From positions 1 to 39,215 of the IMG/VR virus record IMGVR_UViG_3300031539_000125: a stretch of DNA of 39,215 bases. The stretch is one strand, 5' to 3'. Numbering within the stretch: position 1 is the stretch's first letter; every line of letters begins with the position of its first letter. Below, piece after piece: positions 1 to 10,582 of the stretch. Position numbers and translations under genes: made by a program. This DNA comes from a virus (lineage: Duplodnaviria; Caudoviricetes). A model generated the notes under the pieces. That model was given only the letters and a program-made list of their open reading frames with translations. It was not told the DNA's origin and did not search any database.

Positions 1-555
1 CTCCTTGCTGTAATGGAGGCTGAAGGCGCGGACATAGCGGTCCTTTGTCACCAGGATATGTTTTTCCGGCACGATTGGATCAAGCAGGTTGAGGAACAAT
101 TGGCGAAACTACCCGATTCATGGCTTGTTGCCGGTTCAATCGGGAAGGATATGCGGGGGCGGATTTGTGGCAAATTTCATGCCATGCAGATTCCTAATCA
201 CCATGATACATCAGAGATTCATAACTTCCCGGAACCCGCATGTTGCCTTGATGAATGCGTTCTTATTGTTAATCTTAAAAAGGGTTTTAGGTTCGATGAA
301 GGCTTGGAAGGATTTGATTTGTATGGAACATTAATTGTTTTGCAGGCTTGGCAAATGGGTTTAACGGCTTGGGTTATTGATGCTTTTTGTGAGCATTATT
401 CTTTACGGCCACTTCCATATTTTCCAGATGAGTCATTTCGGAATGGTTTTAAATGGATTTATAACAAGTTCAATAAAAAAGTGATTAGGATTGATTCAAC
501 AGCAGCGGAATTTTCCGCAGAAAAAACAGAGCTTGAAACGCCAACGGCGGTATAG
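1..555 (+). CDS. GT-A fold glycosyltransferase-like protein (StrF/Glyco_tranf_2_5-like), 5'-truncated by the window edge
   Basis: Frame is open from base 1; HQD motif (LCHQDMFF), DECVLIV and FDEGLEGFDLYG..IVLQA patterns typical of this GT2-related family. Confidence 0.65.
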   Translation, partial: LLAVMEAEGADIAVLCHQDMFFRHDWIKQVEEQLAKLPDSWLVAGSIGKDMRGRICGKFHAMQIPNHHDTSEIHNFPEPACCLDECVLIVNLKKGFRFDEGLEGFDLYGTLIVLQAWQMGLTAWVIDAFCEHYSLRPLPYFPDESFRNGFKWIYNKFNKKVIRIDSTAAEFSAEKTELETPTAV

Positions 556-638
556 AGGAATATAGTGGGAAGTAATGTTTTTTGATGAAACGCAAGTTAA
601 TGAAGTGAACGTAATACAACAATTAGGAGGGAAGTAAA

Positions 639-1064
639 ATGAAGATTTCAGGTAAAGCTGGGTATGTGATGTATGGCGGCAATACGATTGCCGAACTTAC
701 GGAATGGGCAATAACCGGAGTATCAATGGCGGTTATCAAAAAAGATCCTGCTTTTGCGGATACTGTCGTTGAAAAGATTGCTGATGGAGTTGCGGAACCC
801 GGATCGGTTTCATTCAAAGGGAATTACGATCCGAATGATTCAACCGGTCAGACATTGTTAGCAGCAGCATGTAAGGCGGGGATTGGGATATACAATCTGT
901 ATCTCTACGCAGCCGCTGCTACCTGGTGGCATGTTGGTACTGGTGGCACAATCCTTATTAGCAAAGCAGATGCCGTCACGCTTCCAAGGAGTGGGATGGG
1001 AGTTATCGACTTTGCGGGAGAGGTTGAAGGCGCATGTATGGAGCAGGTAGGTACAGGATCATAA
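639..1064 (+). CDS. Major tail (tube) protein
   Basis: 141 aa, SD GGAGG; N-terminal ISGKAG, a W in the first beta-hairpin, GSVSFKGNYD and C-terminal IDFAGEVEG are typical of siphovirus tube proteins; directly upstream of the chaperone pair. Confidence 0.75.
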   Translation: MKISGKAGYVMYGGNTIAELTEWAITGVSMAVIKKDPAFADTVVEKIADGVAEPGSVSFKGNYDPNDSTGQTLLAAACKAGIGIYNLYLYAAAATWWHVGTGGTILISKADAVTLPRSGMGVIDFAGEVEGACMEQVGTGS

Positions 1065-1088
1065 CAATAGCAGAAAGGAAATCTTATT

Positions 1089-1568
1089 ATGTTGATTGAC
1101 CTTGATGTCTCACAGGGAGAATGGTTTCCGTTTTTCGGTTCACATATCGATCAAGCAACTGGCGATGTTGTTTATCATGACCCGGAGCCGGATGCGCGAG
1201 CACAAATCAGAAGCACAGCTCCGTTCTTTGAACTGAAATTGAAGGGCAGGGAAAGACGCAGGGAACACGTCTTCAATCCCAAATCCAGGGGTATGGATCG
1301 AATAACATATTTCAAAGACCAAACCGTTGAAGAACAGATGGTTGAACTCGATGAAATGTACGACTATGCCATTACAGAACTAGAGGGATTCAAAGACAAG
1401 CGCACGGGGAAGGTAATAGACTGCACAAGGGAAAATAAGGCGCTCTTGCGACACAATGAGGTGTTCAATCGCTACTTTAATCGCTGCCAACAAATCCTGC
1501 ATGGCAGCAGCATTAAAGATAAAGAGGACGCCGAAAAAAACTCCTCGACTCCGCAGGATGGGCAATAG
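1089..1568 (+). CDS. Tail assembly chaperone (gpG-like)
   Basis: Follows the tail tube gene; slippery sequence GAA AAA AAC (EKN) near the 3' end. Confidence 0.75.
   Translation: MLIDLDVSQGEWFPFFGSHIDQATGDVVYHDPEPDARAQIRSTAPFFELKLKGRERRREHVFNPKSRGMDRITYFKDQTVEEQMVELDEMYDYAITELEGFKDKRTGKVIDCTRENKALLRHNEVFNRYFNRCQQILHGSSIKDKEDAEKNSSTPQDGQ
1535..1541 (+). other. Programmed -1 frameshift site A_AAA_AAC (gpG to gpGT)
   Basis: X_XXY_YYZ heptamer in frame with 1089..1568; the -1 frame is stop-free from 1538 into ORF 1601..1861. Confidence 0.85.
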
Positions 1569-1861
1569 AGTATGCTTCGTCTTGCGGAGGATGCAGGAAG
1601 ATGTATGCGAGGAGAATGCCCCCTGAAGAGCCTCCGTGTGCGGCATGCAGGATAGACCCGGTTGAAGAAAATGGAGATGCACTAAGGATATTCTTCATTG
1701 TTCAGAACCAGTTTGTGATGGGATTTAATGGACCTGTAAGTATTAATCAGCTTGCAATACATGAGGCCATTAGGCTTTACGAGGTTGCTGACCATCAGGG
1801 ATGCTTCGAGGGGGTCTTGCGGCTGGGGCGATGGTGGATCGAGAAGATGAGGGAGAGATAA
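1538..1861 (+). CDS. Tail assembly chaperone frameshift extension (gpT part of gpGT)
   Basis: -1 frame reads KLLDSAGWAIEYASSCGGCRKMYARR...CAAC...QFVMGFNGPVSIN, resembling DUF1799-type gpT segments. Confidence 0.75.
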   Translation, partial: KLLDSAGWAIEYASSCGGCRKMYARRMPPEEPPCAACRIDPVEENGDALRIFFIVQNQFVMGFNGPVSINQLAIHEAIRLYEVADHQGCFEGVLRLGRWWIEKMRER

Positions 1862-1886
1862 CGATAATGTGCAAAGAGGCAACGCC

Positions 1887-2276
1887 ATGAGAATATCCAA
1901 CTGGAACCCTAACAAATTCGATGAAGAATTTGACAATGTAGCCATTGAACGCCTTGTCGAGGCTGGTGAGGTTGTGGCTGGTGCGGCTCGTCAAAAATGT
2001 CCTGTCGGGACCATTAGCAGACCTATGTATAAAACCGGACCTTATGCGGGTCAACCCTGGACAGCTAGGGATGCAGGGCAACTCAAAAAGTCTATCCGGG
2101 TTACTCGTAAGCACTCAAAGACTGGAAAACTATTAGCGAAAAAGAGGGATGTCCGTATCTATGTAGGTAATTTCCTGGCGTACTATGCTTCGATTGTTGA
2201 ATACTCAAAACCGTTTATGAGGCCTGCTCTGGCTCAATCAATACCTGCAATTAAGACAATCATAGGGGTGAAGTAA
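1887..2276 (+). CDS. HK97 gp10-like tail completion/neck protein
   Basis: ARQKCPVG...AGQLKKSI...YYASIVEY..PFMRPAL signature; ATG at 1887 preferred over GTG at 1869. Confidence 0.8.
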   Translation: MRISNWNPNKFDEEFDNVAIERLVEAGEVVAGAARQKCPVGTISRPMYKTGPYAGQPWTARDAGQLKKSIRVTRKHSKTGKLLAKKRDVRIYVGNFLAYYASIVEYSKPFMRPALAQSIPAIKTIIGVK

Positions 2277-2277
2277 A

Positions 2278-3432
2278 GTGGCGCAATTCTCCGAAGAACA
2301 TAGAAGAAAACTATCTGAGGCAGCGAAACGACGTTGGCAAGATCCTGAGTATTGCAAGGAAATGGCATCCATCGTGATAACGGATGAAGGCAGAAAGGCG
2401 ATATCCGATAGCATGAAAGCTAGATGGCAAGATTCGGAATATAAAAAGAATCATCCGAAAGTTAATCTATCTGAATCAGCAAGGCGTAGTATATCTGAGA
2501 AAGCCAAAAAAAGATGGTCCGATCCTATATTTAAATCACGAGTAACAAAGAAAATAGGCAAAACAGCCAAGGAAGTTTGGGAACGACCTGGATACAAAGA
2601 AAAAATGTCCGAATCTTTAAGGGGATGTTGTGCTGGCGAAAAGAACCATATGTGGGGGAAAAAGCTATCAATAGAAGGTCGCAAAAAGCTAAGTGAGGCA
2701 CATAAGGGAATCCAAGCTGGAGAAAATCATCCAATGTTCGGCAAACATCATTCTAATGAATCAAAACAGAAAATGAGTGAATCCCATAATGATTATCAAT
2801 CTGGGGAAGGGCACCCGATGTTTGGGAGGCATCATTCTGAAGACTCCAAAGCAAAGATAATCGCGGCTCATTTAGGCATCCCATTATCAGAGGAACATAA
2901 AAAGAAAATAGGAAAAGCCAGCAAGAGAGTTTGGGCAACAATAGATGAAGAAAAAAAGAAAGTATGGCGACAGAAAATAGGTGATGGCAACAAGGGAAAA
3001 ATTATTTCTAAAGAATCCAGAGAAAAATTATCCAAAGCACACAAGAAACTTTGGGAAAACCCAGAACACGCAAAAAAATGCCTCGTTTTTAATTCTCCTA
3101 ACAAGTGCGAAACTAAACTTATGAATCTTTTGGATAAAATATATCCTGGCGAATGGAAATTTGTAGGGGACGGACAGGTTGTTATAGACGGGAAATGCCC
3201 TGATTTTATCAATATAAATGGGAGGAAACAGATTATAGAGCTTTACGGCGAAAGATGGCACCAGGATGATGATCCGCAAGACAGGATCAATGTATTCAAA
3301 CCATTTGGATATGATACCTTAATCATCTGGGTGAAAGAATTATCAAACAAAAAAAGGTTAGAGCGCACGCTTGTTACCTTTTGCCAAGGAGATCCTAACT
3401 TTTTGGTATTGGAAAAAGGAGGTTGTCGATAA
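2278..3432 (+). CDS. Free-standing homing endonuclease: NUMOD3 DNA-binding repeats plus C-terminal Vsr/DUF559-like PD-(D/E)XK nuclease
   Basis: Repeats GEKNHMWGKKLS, GENHPMFGKHHS, GEGHPMFGRHHS; C-terminus PNKCE...PDF...IELYGERWH...GYDTLIIW; AT/Lys-rich relative to its neighbours. Confidence 0.8.
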   Translation: MAQFSEEHRRKLSEAAKRRWQDPEYCKEMASIVITDEGRKAISDSMKARWQDSEYKKNHPKVNLSESARRSISEKAKKRWSDPIFKSRVTKKIGKTAKEVWERPGYKEKMSESLRGCCAGEKNHMWGKKLSIEGRKKLSEAHKGIQAGENHPMFGKHHSNESKQKMSESHNDYQSGEGHPMFGRHHSEDSKAKIIAAHLGIPLSEEHKKKIGKASKRVWATIDEEKKKVWRQKIGDGNKGKIISKESREKLSKAHKKLWENPEHAKKCLVFNSPNKCETKLMNLLDKIYPGEWKFVGDGQVVIDGKCPDFININGRKQIIELYGERWHQDDDPQDRINVFKPFGYDTLIIWVKELSNKKRLERTLVTFCQGDPNFLVLEKGGCR

Positions 3433-6400
3433 TGGCTGGTAAACCTATCGGCACGGTATTTCGTATCTCTTGATTTAGACAAAACAAGGTACATGAAAGG
3501 CCAGCAGACCCTTTTCAAAGAGGCCCAAGATGGCGCATCTGTCCTTGAAAAGAACTTTAAGAATCTGGGTATCAAATCCGGGGCGACTTTTGATCTCATG
3601 CGGGCGCAGGCCGAGAAGTCCTTTGAAGCCATTCAAAAGAGCGGCAAGGCTACGGCAGATGATCTTGTCCGGGCAGAAAAGGCTAAGACCGACAAAATCA
3701 AGCAACTCAATGAGGAGCAGTACGGACACCAAAAGACTCTTTTAGAAGACCTGAAAAATCATTGGAAGGCATACGCGATAGCGGTAACGGCCGCTGTATA
3801 TGCGGCTCAGAAAATAGCGGTGAAATCAATCTCATTGGCTATGGAACAGGAAAAGGCTGAGGTTGCTTTAGCTGCATCCCTGAGAGCCAATAATGAATAT
3901 ACCAAGGAGCTTGTCAAGAGTTATGCTGATTTTGCTTCTGGTATTCAGGCAGTTACGACATACGGGGATGAAGAAGTCTTGAAGTTAATGGCGCTTCAGA
4001 AAAACCTTGGCGTGACTTCTGATAGGCTGGAAGATGCTACTAAGATGACTATCGGTCTTGCTGCTGCAACGGGGCGAGATGTGCAATCTATGGCAATGTA
4101 TATTGCCCTTGCGGAGCAGGGCGAGTTTACAATGCTCCGAAGGTATATCCCTGCCCTTCGGTCTACCACTGATGCCACTGAACAATTACAAATTATAACA
4201 GAGTTCGCAGCAAGGGGCTTTGAGGTTGCGAAGGAAAATGCCAAGACCTTCTCCGGTGGCCTGGACCAGCTAAAAAATCTCTTTGGAGACTTACAGGAAC
4301 GCGTAGGGAATGTGGTTGTCAAGAATGAAGTCTTATTGCATTTAATGGAAGAGGGCAAATCAACCTTACTGGAATGGATTGATAAAGTTGAACAATGGGT
4401 AAATGCCAATGATAAACTAATAGAACAAAAGACGTATGAAACTATTGATAAGATAAAGGCAAGCATCCAAGGTATCGTTGATATTTACAATGCACTTCCT
4501 GAAGGAATTGTAGGGGCTGGTGCCGTTGGCCTTGTGGGAAGGATACTCATAGGCCATCCAGCCGGATTATTGCTTGGCCTATTGCCACTTATAGCTGCCC
4601 AGATAGATAATCTTGCAAAAAAGATGAGTGGTCTTAGTGTTGCTGAACTTTATGAGGAGCATCAAAAATTAATCGATAATATGTATGCTGCCTCTAAAGC
4701 CGGGATCCCATACGAAGAATGGTCTGCAATATTCGGCGGCGGTAAGGGCGGTAAGGGTGCAGGGGGTGAATTTGGAACGGTTGTAAGTGATGAAATCAAG
4801 AAGATTGCAAAAGCCTTGGAGGAAGAGGCAGATGCTATCGAGAAGGTAAAGAAGCTCGCAAAGGATCTTTATGGTCCCACTAAGATTTCCGCTGCCGATG
4901 CTGAAAAAATTCTTAAAGATGTCACCGATGAGATGGACAAATTTAACGCTGCGAGTGAGGAGGCTTGGGCGACTTATCAGAACCTTCATGATGAACGTTT
5001 CAATCTGGGCGATGCCGCTGGTGACTTAGAAACCCTGAAAGAATTGACTTGGGGATGGGCGAATGAATTACAGGCTGTTGCGGATCTGGAAAAAGAGATC
5101 GCAGTGGGAATGGAAGCGACTGAGTGGAGCCTAGGGAAAGCTAACGAACAAACAAAAAAAGCATACGAAGAGGCAGAAAAAGCCGCCGAGAAAGCCGCAA
5201 AAGAATATGAAGCTATTTGGACTCATGCGCTTGAAGGCTTGCAGGATGCCTTCAGGGACTTTTGGTACAACGTGCTCGATGGGCAGATAGATAACTGGGA
5301 GAGTTTCCTGGATGAAATATCCAACTTGTTCAAGAAAATGCTGTCAGAGCTTATCGCGTATGCCATGACGAAGCAGATAATAATTCCTGTCGTGGGTAGC
5401 ATATTCGGCACAGCAGGCACTTCACTTTTAGGTCAAGCGGGTACGAGTGCCGGTGGAAGTCTTCTTGGAAATCTAGGTATGAATTTGGCGGGTAAACTCG
5501 GTTACGAAGTAGGATATGCTGGGATTACGGGCGGCATTCCTTCGCTCGGGTCCCTTCTCAATACTCCTATCGGTGGGGGCGAGGTTTATGGTGCCATGTA
5601 TGGCGGGGGTATGTCGGGCACCTCAAGCATGGGGGCGACTTTAGGCACGACCGGATTTCTTGCGGCTGCTGCAGCCATGGCTTACTATATCATATCAGAG
5701 ACATTGAATAAGAATAAACGGCCTACTGCGGGTACTGAATTTACTATCGGAAGAGGTGGACCGGAGGAATCGCTATTGACAGGGGAATTGGGGTATGTCG
5801 GTTCCTCTAATCTTTCTGCCGATATGATAAATCAGGTAATTGAGCAGAATCAGGCAATCCTTGATGATGCCCTGGGGTTCTATCAAACGCTATATGACAA
5901 CTTGGGGCCAGAGGCTCAGCAGAATATCCTTGCACAATTAGACGATCTTACGCCTTTTAAAATTACTGCAAACCTTGGGGGCGAAGCGTCAAATACAACG
6001 CGCCAAATGACCGAAGAAGAACGGACATATTTTCAAGGTATAGCGGCCCAAAGAGATGCACTGGTAATAAGAACCTGGGATGATTGGATGGGGGTATTTA
6101 TCGAGACCATTTCTGATACTAGTCTTTATGATGAGTTGAACTTGCAATTACAACGAGTAGATCTCGCAGCTAATACTATCTTTGAATCCTTGGGTACAGC
6201 ATATACGCACTATTGGGATGAAGCTATAGGCCAGTGGGTTAAATATTGGGAAGACAGCAGTGATTTCTTTACAGGTTCAGAACACCCCAGCGTATTTAAG
6301 CTAGTTGGTCATACTATCGGTGCTCCATTTGCCGAGGAATTCATATCAAGCATACGAGAGGGATTTGAAGGATCGGATGTTTTTGATATCGCATCGGAAC

Positions 6401-7374
6401 AACTCAAGGGTCTCCTGGACACTCTTACGGTAGGTAATTTCGTTGATGACATTGAGCTATTCCTAACTCAGTTAAATCAAGTGGGAATTGCGATTAATAA
6501 TGCCGAGGTGATATGGGAGAGCTTTCAGCGATTTATCGATACGAGCGCGGAGTCCACGAATGCAGTTACTGAAGCGATTGCAACTGCTAACCAGCAGTTT
6601 GATGCCTATCTGGTAGCATTGGAAGAGGTAGGCATTGACCTTTCTTTAGTGACCGACCTTGAGGGTAAACGAGCGCAGGCGATAGAGAAGACCATTGAAA
6701 AATTGGCTGAGCCTATCTGGAAACCCATCAAGGATATTATCGCAAAGAATACCCTTTCCTCTTTCAATTACGAACTACAAAACCTCAATGAATGGTATGA
6801 AACCCAGCTTGACAGCATCAAGGGCTTTGAGACGGAGGCCCCGGACATTTTTACCCAGATGCTTGCCAACCTGAACGAAGCCGCCGGATACCAGGCTCAA
6901 AATCTCATTGACAATTACATTACTCCTGTCACTGATGAATGGCAAAATTTCTTTTCCGACCTTGCCCTATCTCAATTAGCTCCTGTCCAAAGTTATGAAG
7001 CCTATCAAATGGAATACCAGCGGCTACTCGCAATGGCCGGTCAGAGTGCAGAGGATTTTCAGAAATATTCTGATTATGTCAAGAACGAATACTTGCCCTG
7101 GATGAAAGCCTATACTGGGGAAGGCCCGGATTATAAAGACATTTGGGAATCGGTATATGCCCAAGGAACGGCAATAGGTGTACCGGGTGCAACCGAGCAA
7201 GCGCCACTGAGTCTTGATTTGACTGGGCTGAGTAATGCCTTTCTTGATGCGATACAACCGATCCTGGAACGAGACCAATCAATAACGATAGTCATTGATG
7301 GCCACACAATAGCAGATATCATTGTTGAACAATACAATAACGGGCATGAAGGTTTAAGGTCAATTTGGGTATAG
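3432..7374 (+). CDS. Tape measure protein (probable start at 3432 with a +1 frame break at ~3459-3462; long ORF 3493..7374)
   Basis: ~1300 aa helical Ala/Glu/Leu-rich protein with Gly-rich hydrophobic segments, in canonical position; SD GGAGG at 3418-3422 precedes ATG 3432. Confidence 0.85.
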
Positions 7375-7391
7375 TTTAAAAGGAGTTAGGT

Positions 7392-7610
7392 ATGGCACAT
7401 AGCGAAAAATGTCCTGTCTGCAATGGCAAGGGTAAGGTTAAAAAGGAACAATGTCATGGGTGTCTTGGTTTAGGCTGGGTGACTGTGCAAGATCAGCTAA
7501 TTATTAAAGAAACAGAATGTGCAGTTGTTGTTGATGGTCACAGTATAGCCGACGCTATCATTGAACAATATAATAATGGTCATCAAGGATTGAGATCAAT
7601 CTGGCAGTAG
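7392..7610 (+). CDS. Small protein: DnaJ-type CxxCxGxG zinc finger plus a copy of the tape measure C-terminal peptide
   Basis: CPVCNGKG...CHGCLGLG; 21 of its last 27 aa are identical to the TMP C-terminus; SD AAGGAG. Confidence 0.7.
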   Translation: MAHSEKCPVCNGKGKVKKEQCHGCLGLGWVTVQDQLIIKETECAVVVDGHSIADAIIEQYNNGHQGLRSIWQ

Positions 7611-7619
7611 GATTGAATT

Positions 7620-8039
7620 ATGGCTGAAATTGAAATGTATGACTACTTAGCGACGATTGCGGCTGACAATAACCAGACGTTAACAGTTAGCCCCCGGAAG
7701 GTCATTGTTGAGACTGGCTATAAGAATCAAGTCATCCACAAGATGGATGATAATAGCGAAGAGAGGATTGATTTTGGCACTGCTAACATATCAGAGTTTG
7801 ATGTGACACTTCCATTTACCTCTCTAACCGCATCAGACGCAGGAACCTTAATGTTATTCTGGCATAATAGCGGTTATGGCAATGGATGTACTAAAACCTT
7901 TAAATGGGCTCATCCTGAAGATACTCATACTTATGTAATCAGGTTTGATTGTGATTTACCACGAGCCATTAAATATTATGGAGAACATGAAATAGCCAAT
8001 GTAAAAATAAAAGTCTTAGGTAGGATAGCAGACGCATAA
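7620..8039 (+). CDS. Distal/minor tail protein (lambda gpM/Dit-like)
   Basis: 139 aa after the TMP; G..EERI...F...G..KTFKWAHP...YVIRF pattern. Confidence 0.6.
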   Translation: MAEIEMYDYLATIAADNNQTLTVSPRKVIVETGYKNQVIHKMDDNSEERIDFGTANISEFDVTLPFTSLTASDAGTLMLFWHNSGYGNGCTKTFKWAHPEDTHTYVIRFDCDLPRAIKYYGEHEIANVKIKVLGRIADA

Positions 8040-10570
8040 TGGCTGTAACCTTTGGTGCAAATCAAATCACTATCGCAGCTTCAAGATATAAGCTGGTGTC
8101 ATGGTTATTTACTATTACCACAACAGCTACCGCCGATCCTCCAGCAGGGAACGCATACCCTTGGTCACACAAGGCAATTATTTATGATGCACAACCTTAT
8201 ACGGCCAAGATTGACCTTGAATCGATTGTAGTCACTCTCACTCGTGGTAAATCCGAACTCGGGCTTGTCACCCCTAATAGCCTGAAATTCCGATTTACAA
8301 ATGCTGGAAACACTTACACCTCTGCTAAACTTCGGGGTGCCGCTGTGCTTGTTAAACTCGTTGTCAGTGATGGCACCCTCACTGAAATTATGAGGACATG
8401 GCGGTTTCGGGTAAAGAAGGCCGAGGGCGCATATCAGTGGATGAATGTCGAGTGTGAGGATTTTGTGCAGCAATATATCAAAGGCGATTATCCTAACACG
8501 CCACTTGTAAAAAATTTATGGTATTCCATTGATCCTGATGCCAAAGGGATCAATGATACTCTTTCCATTCCTATCCCATTCGGGACTTGTTATGTGCCGT
8601 TAAGATCGGTCTATATTAGCGCGGATACTGCGCGGTATTATGTGCTCGGCCCCAGTGCCCATACCTATACAATTACAGAAGTCCGATCTCCAAGAGCATG
8701 GGGCGCAAAACGCGTATGGGCAAGTGGTGACGGCTATGCATTTACCCAATCCACGAAAACAGGAAGTGACGGAAATACTTATGATGTATTTCAGCCAATA
8801 ATCGCAGATAGCGATTCGGATACTGTTGCTGACGCGAATGGTCTATGGCGGGAAGGTGAGCGATTTTTGGATATGCCCACCAAGTTTAGTCGTGATGATA
8901 CCTCTGCATTAACCGCCCCTGGCGATGTTATCGAGTTTGTTCTAGAAGACATGGGAGTGCCTTCTGCTGATATTAATACTGGCGCAGGTTCAACTTTTGC
9001 GACTGCCAATACCGTCTATTCGGGATGGTCGCTCGCTTATAATGGCGGGTATTTCTACAAGCAAGATAGAGCCGAAGTCATATCACAACTCCTCTATCAG
9101 TGCCATTCCTGCTTCCAGGTCACCGATAAACTTGAACTACATGTGCTATCAAAGGACTCACAAGCAACCCTCACGAAAGCAAATGTAATTCGGCAGGTCA
9201 AACAACCAGGGCAAAGAGAGGGTAAAGGGGAAGGCAGTTTCAAGTATTCTTTGCTTGATCCATCCCTTGAAGATGCGGGTAATGTGGCATATCAGGAAGC
9301 AGGGGAAGCACAAGATGAATTTCATAAAATCATAGTACCGACTGTTGACGGGGGTACACCTACTCAATATGCGGCAGAAACGATTATTTGCAATATGGTC
9401 TCGGATAGCCAGGATGTTCAGCGAATAGGGACGTTATACTTTCAGCGCAAACTTGAAAAGGATGGCATGGCATCGTTTAAGGCCGGGGGATTCAACCTTG
9501 ACTTACAACCGAATGATGTAATTACCCTCAATCATGCTGATTATGGTGGTAACTATGCGGTGCTGATGGATACGATGACTATCCATTATGACCTATCCAT
9601 TGACATGAAGTGCATTAAGTATGCTGTAGCCTTAGAGGATTGGGCAGGTGTTAACCCTGGTGCGATAACAATTGCTATTGACGCTGGCGCTACTTACTGG
9701 ACGTCAGTTATAGTAGGGCCAGATGCTTCCGTATCATCTGGCACAATGCCCAATCTTCTTCCTGGCCGTCTTAAAGTGGGGGATGCCACAAACTATATCC
9801 TCTTTGATCCTTTCATTCCCATAATGAGTTTTTATCAGGGGGCACAAATAAGGGTCAAAGTTGGGGATTTAGGAACGGGCGATTATGGAGTTGAATTTCT
9901 AGATTCTTCTGGCAATTCCATTCTGAAGCTTGATGGCTCTGGTGGCAATATCCTAGCTGGGTGGACAGTGGATTCCAATAAATTCACCTGTGACAGTGGT
10001 GCGGTGGGCCTGAATAGTGAAGTAACTGGAGGAACTGACTGGCGCATCTGGGCAGGACACGCAACGCCGGGAAGCGCACCTTTCAGAGTTGATGAAAACG
10101 GCAACCTTTATGCCACATCAGCCATTATCCAGGGGATCATCACGGCAGGCGAGATCCACATCCCGGATCAGGACGTAACAGGTGAGAGTTTTCATGTCCA
10201 GCCGGACGGGGATTCCTGGTGGGGCTGCACCGAAACCGAGTTCAACGCCGATCCTGATAACGCCCTTGCCTATATTCTGAAGACCGGGATTGCAAAGTTT
10301 CAAAATGTGGCCCTGGGTGCCACGGTGGGTGGGGCGGTGGAGCTCGGTTATACCAACATGGATACCTTTATTATCAATTTCGATGAGGATGATGTAGATG
10401 TCGAACTGCGTTTCGCCAGGACTACCGGCGGTGCTGCAAGTATCACCTGGAACGGTGCCCTGGTACAGTGCAGCAAGGCTTTAAAACCGGTGGATCTCGG
10501 CATCAATAACATATCAGCCAGTGCACCTGGCACGCCGTTTGCTGGTCAAGTTTGGCTAGATGTATCATAG
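8039..10570 (+). CDS. Tail tip / central hub protein
   Basis: 843 aa, translationally coupled (TAATG); IPIPFG, LQPNDVITL and APFRVDENGNL motifs typical of phage tail-tip proteins. Confidence 0.75.
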   Translation: MAVTFGANQITIAASRYKLVSWLFTITTTATADPPAGNAYPWSHKAIIYDAQPYTAKIDLESIVVTLTRGKSELGLVTPNSLKFRFTNAGNTYTSAKLRGAAVLVKLVVSDGTLTEIMRTWRFRVKKAEGAYQWMNVECEDFVQQYIKGDYPNTPLVKNLWYSIDPDAKGINDTLSIPIPFGTCYVPLRSVYISADTARYYVLGPSAHTYTITEVRSPRAWGAKRVWASGDGYAFTQSTKTGSDGNTYDVFQPIIADSDSDTVADANGLWREGERFLDMPTKFSRDDTSALTAPGDVIEFVLEDMGVPSADINTGAGSTFATANTVYSGWSLAYNGGYFYKQDRAEVISQLLYQCHSCFQVTDKLELHVLSKDSQATLTKANVIRQVKQPGQREGKGEGSFKYSLLDPSLEDAGNVAYQEAGEAQDEFHKIIVPTVDGGTPTQYAAETIICNMVSDSQDVQRIGTLYFQRKLEKDGMASFKAGGFNLDLQPNDVITLNHADYGGNYAVLMDTMTIHYDLSIDMKCIKYAVALEDWAGVNPGAITIAIDAGATYWTSVIVGPDASVSSGTMPNLLPGRLKVGDATNYILFDPFIPIMSFYQGAQIRVKVGDLGTGDYGVEFLDSSGNSILKLDGSGGNILAGWTVDSNKFTCDSGAVGLNSEVTGGTDWRIWAGHATPGSAPFRVDENGNLYATSAIIQGIITAGEIHIPDQDVTGESFHVQPDGDSWWGCTETEFNADPDNALAYILKTGIAKFQNVALGATVGGAVELGYTNMDTFIINFDEDDVDVELRFARTTGGAASITWNGALVQCSKALKPVDLGINNISASAPGTPFAGQVWLDVS

Positions 10571-10582
10571 AAAGGAGAAAGT

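Noticed and set aside
3430-3492. Stop read-through fusing the homing endonuclease to the TMP (same frame)
   Set aside because: The SD and the MAGKPIGTVF start in the other frame fit a TMP N-terminus better than WLVNLSARY.
7291-7610. Diversity-generating retroelement TR/VR pair
   Set aside because: Differences are mostly synonymous and not adenine-specific, and no reverse transcriptase is present in the window.
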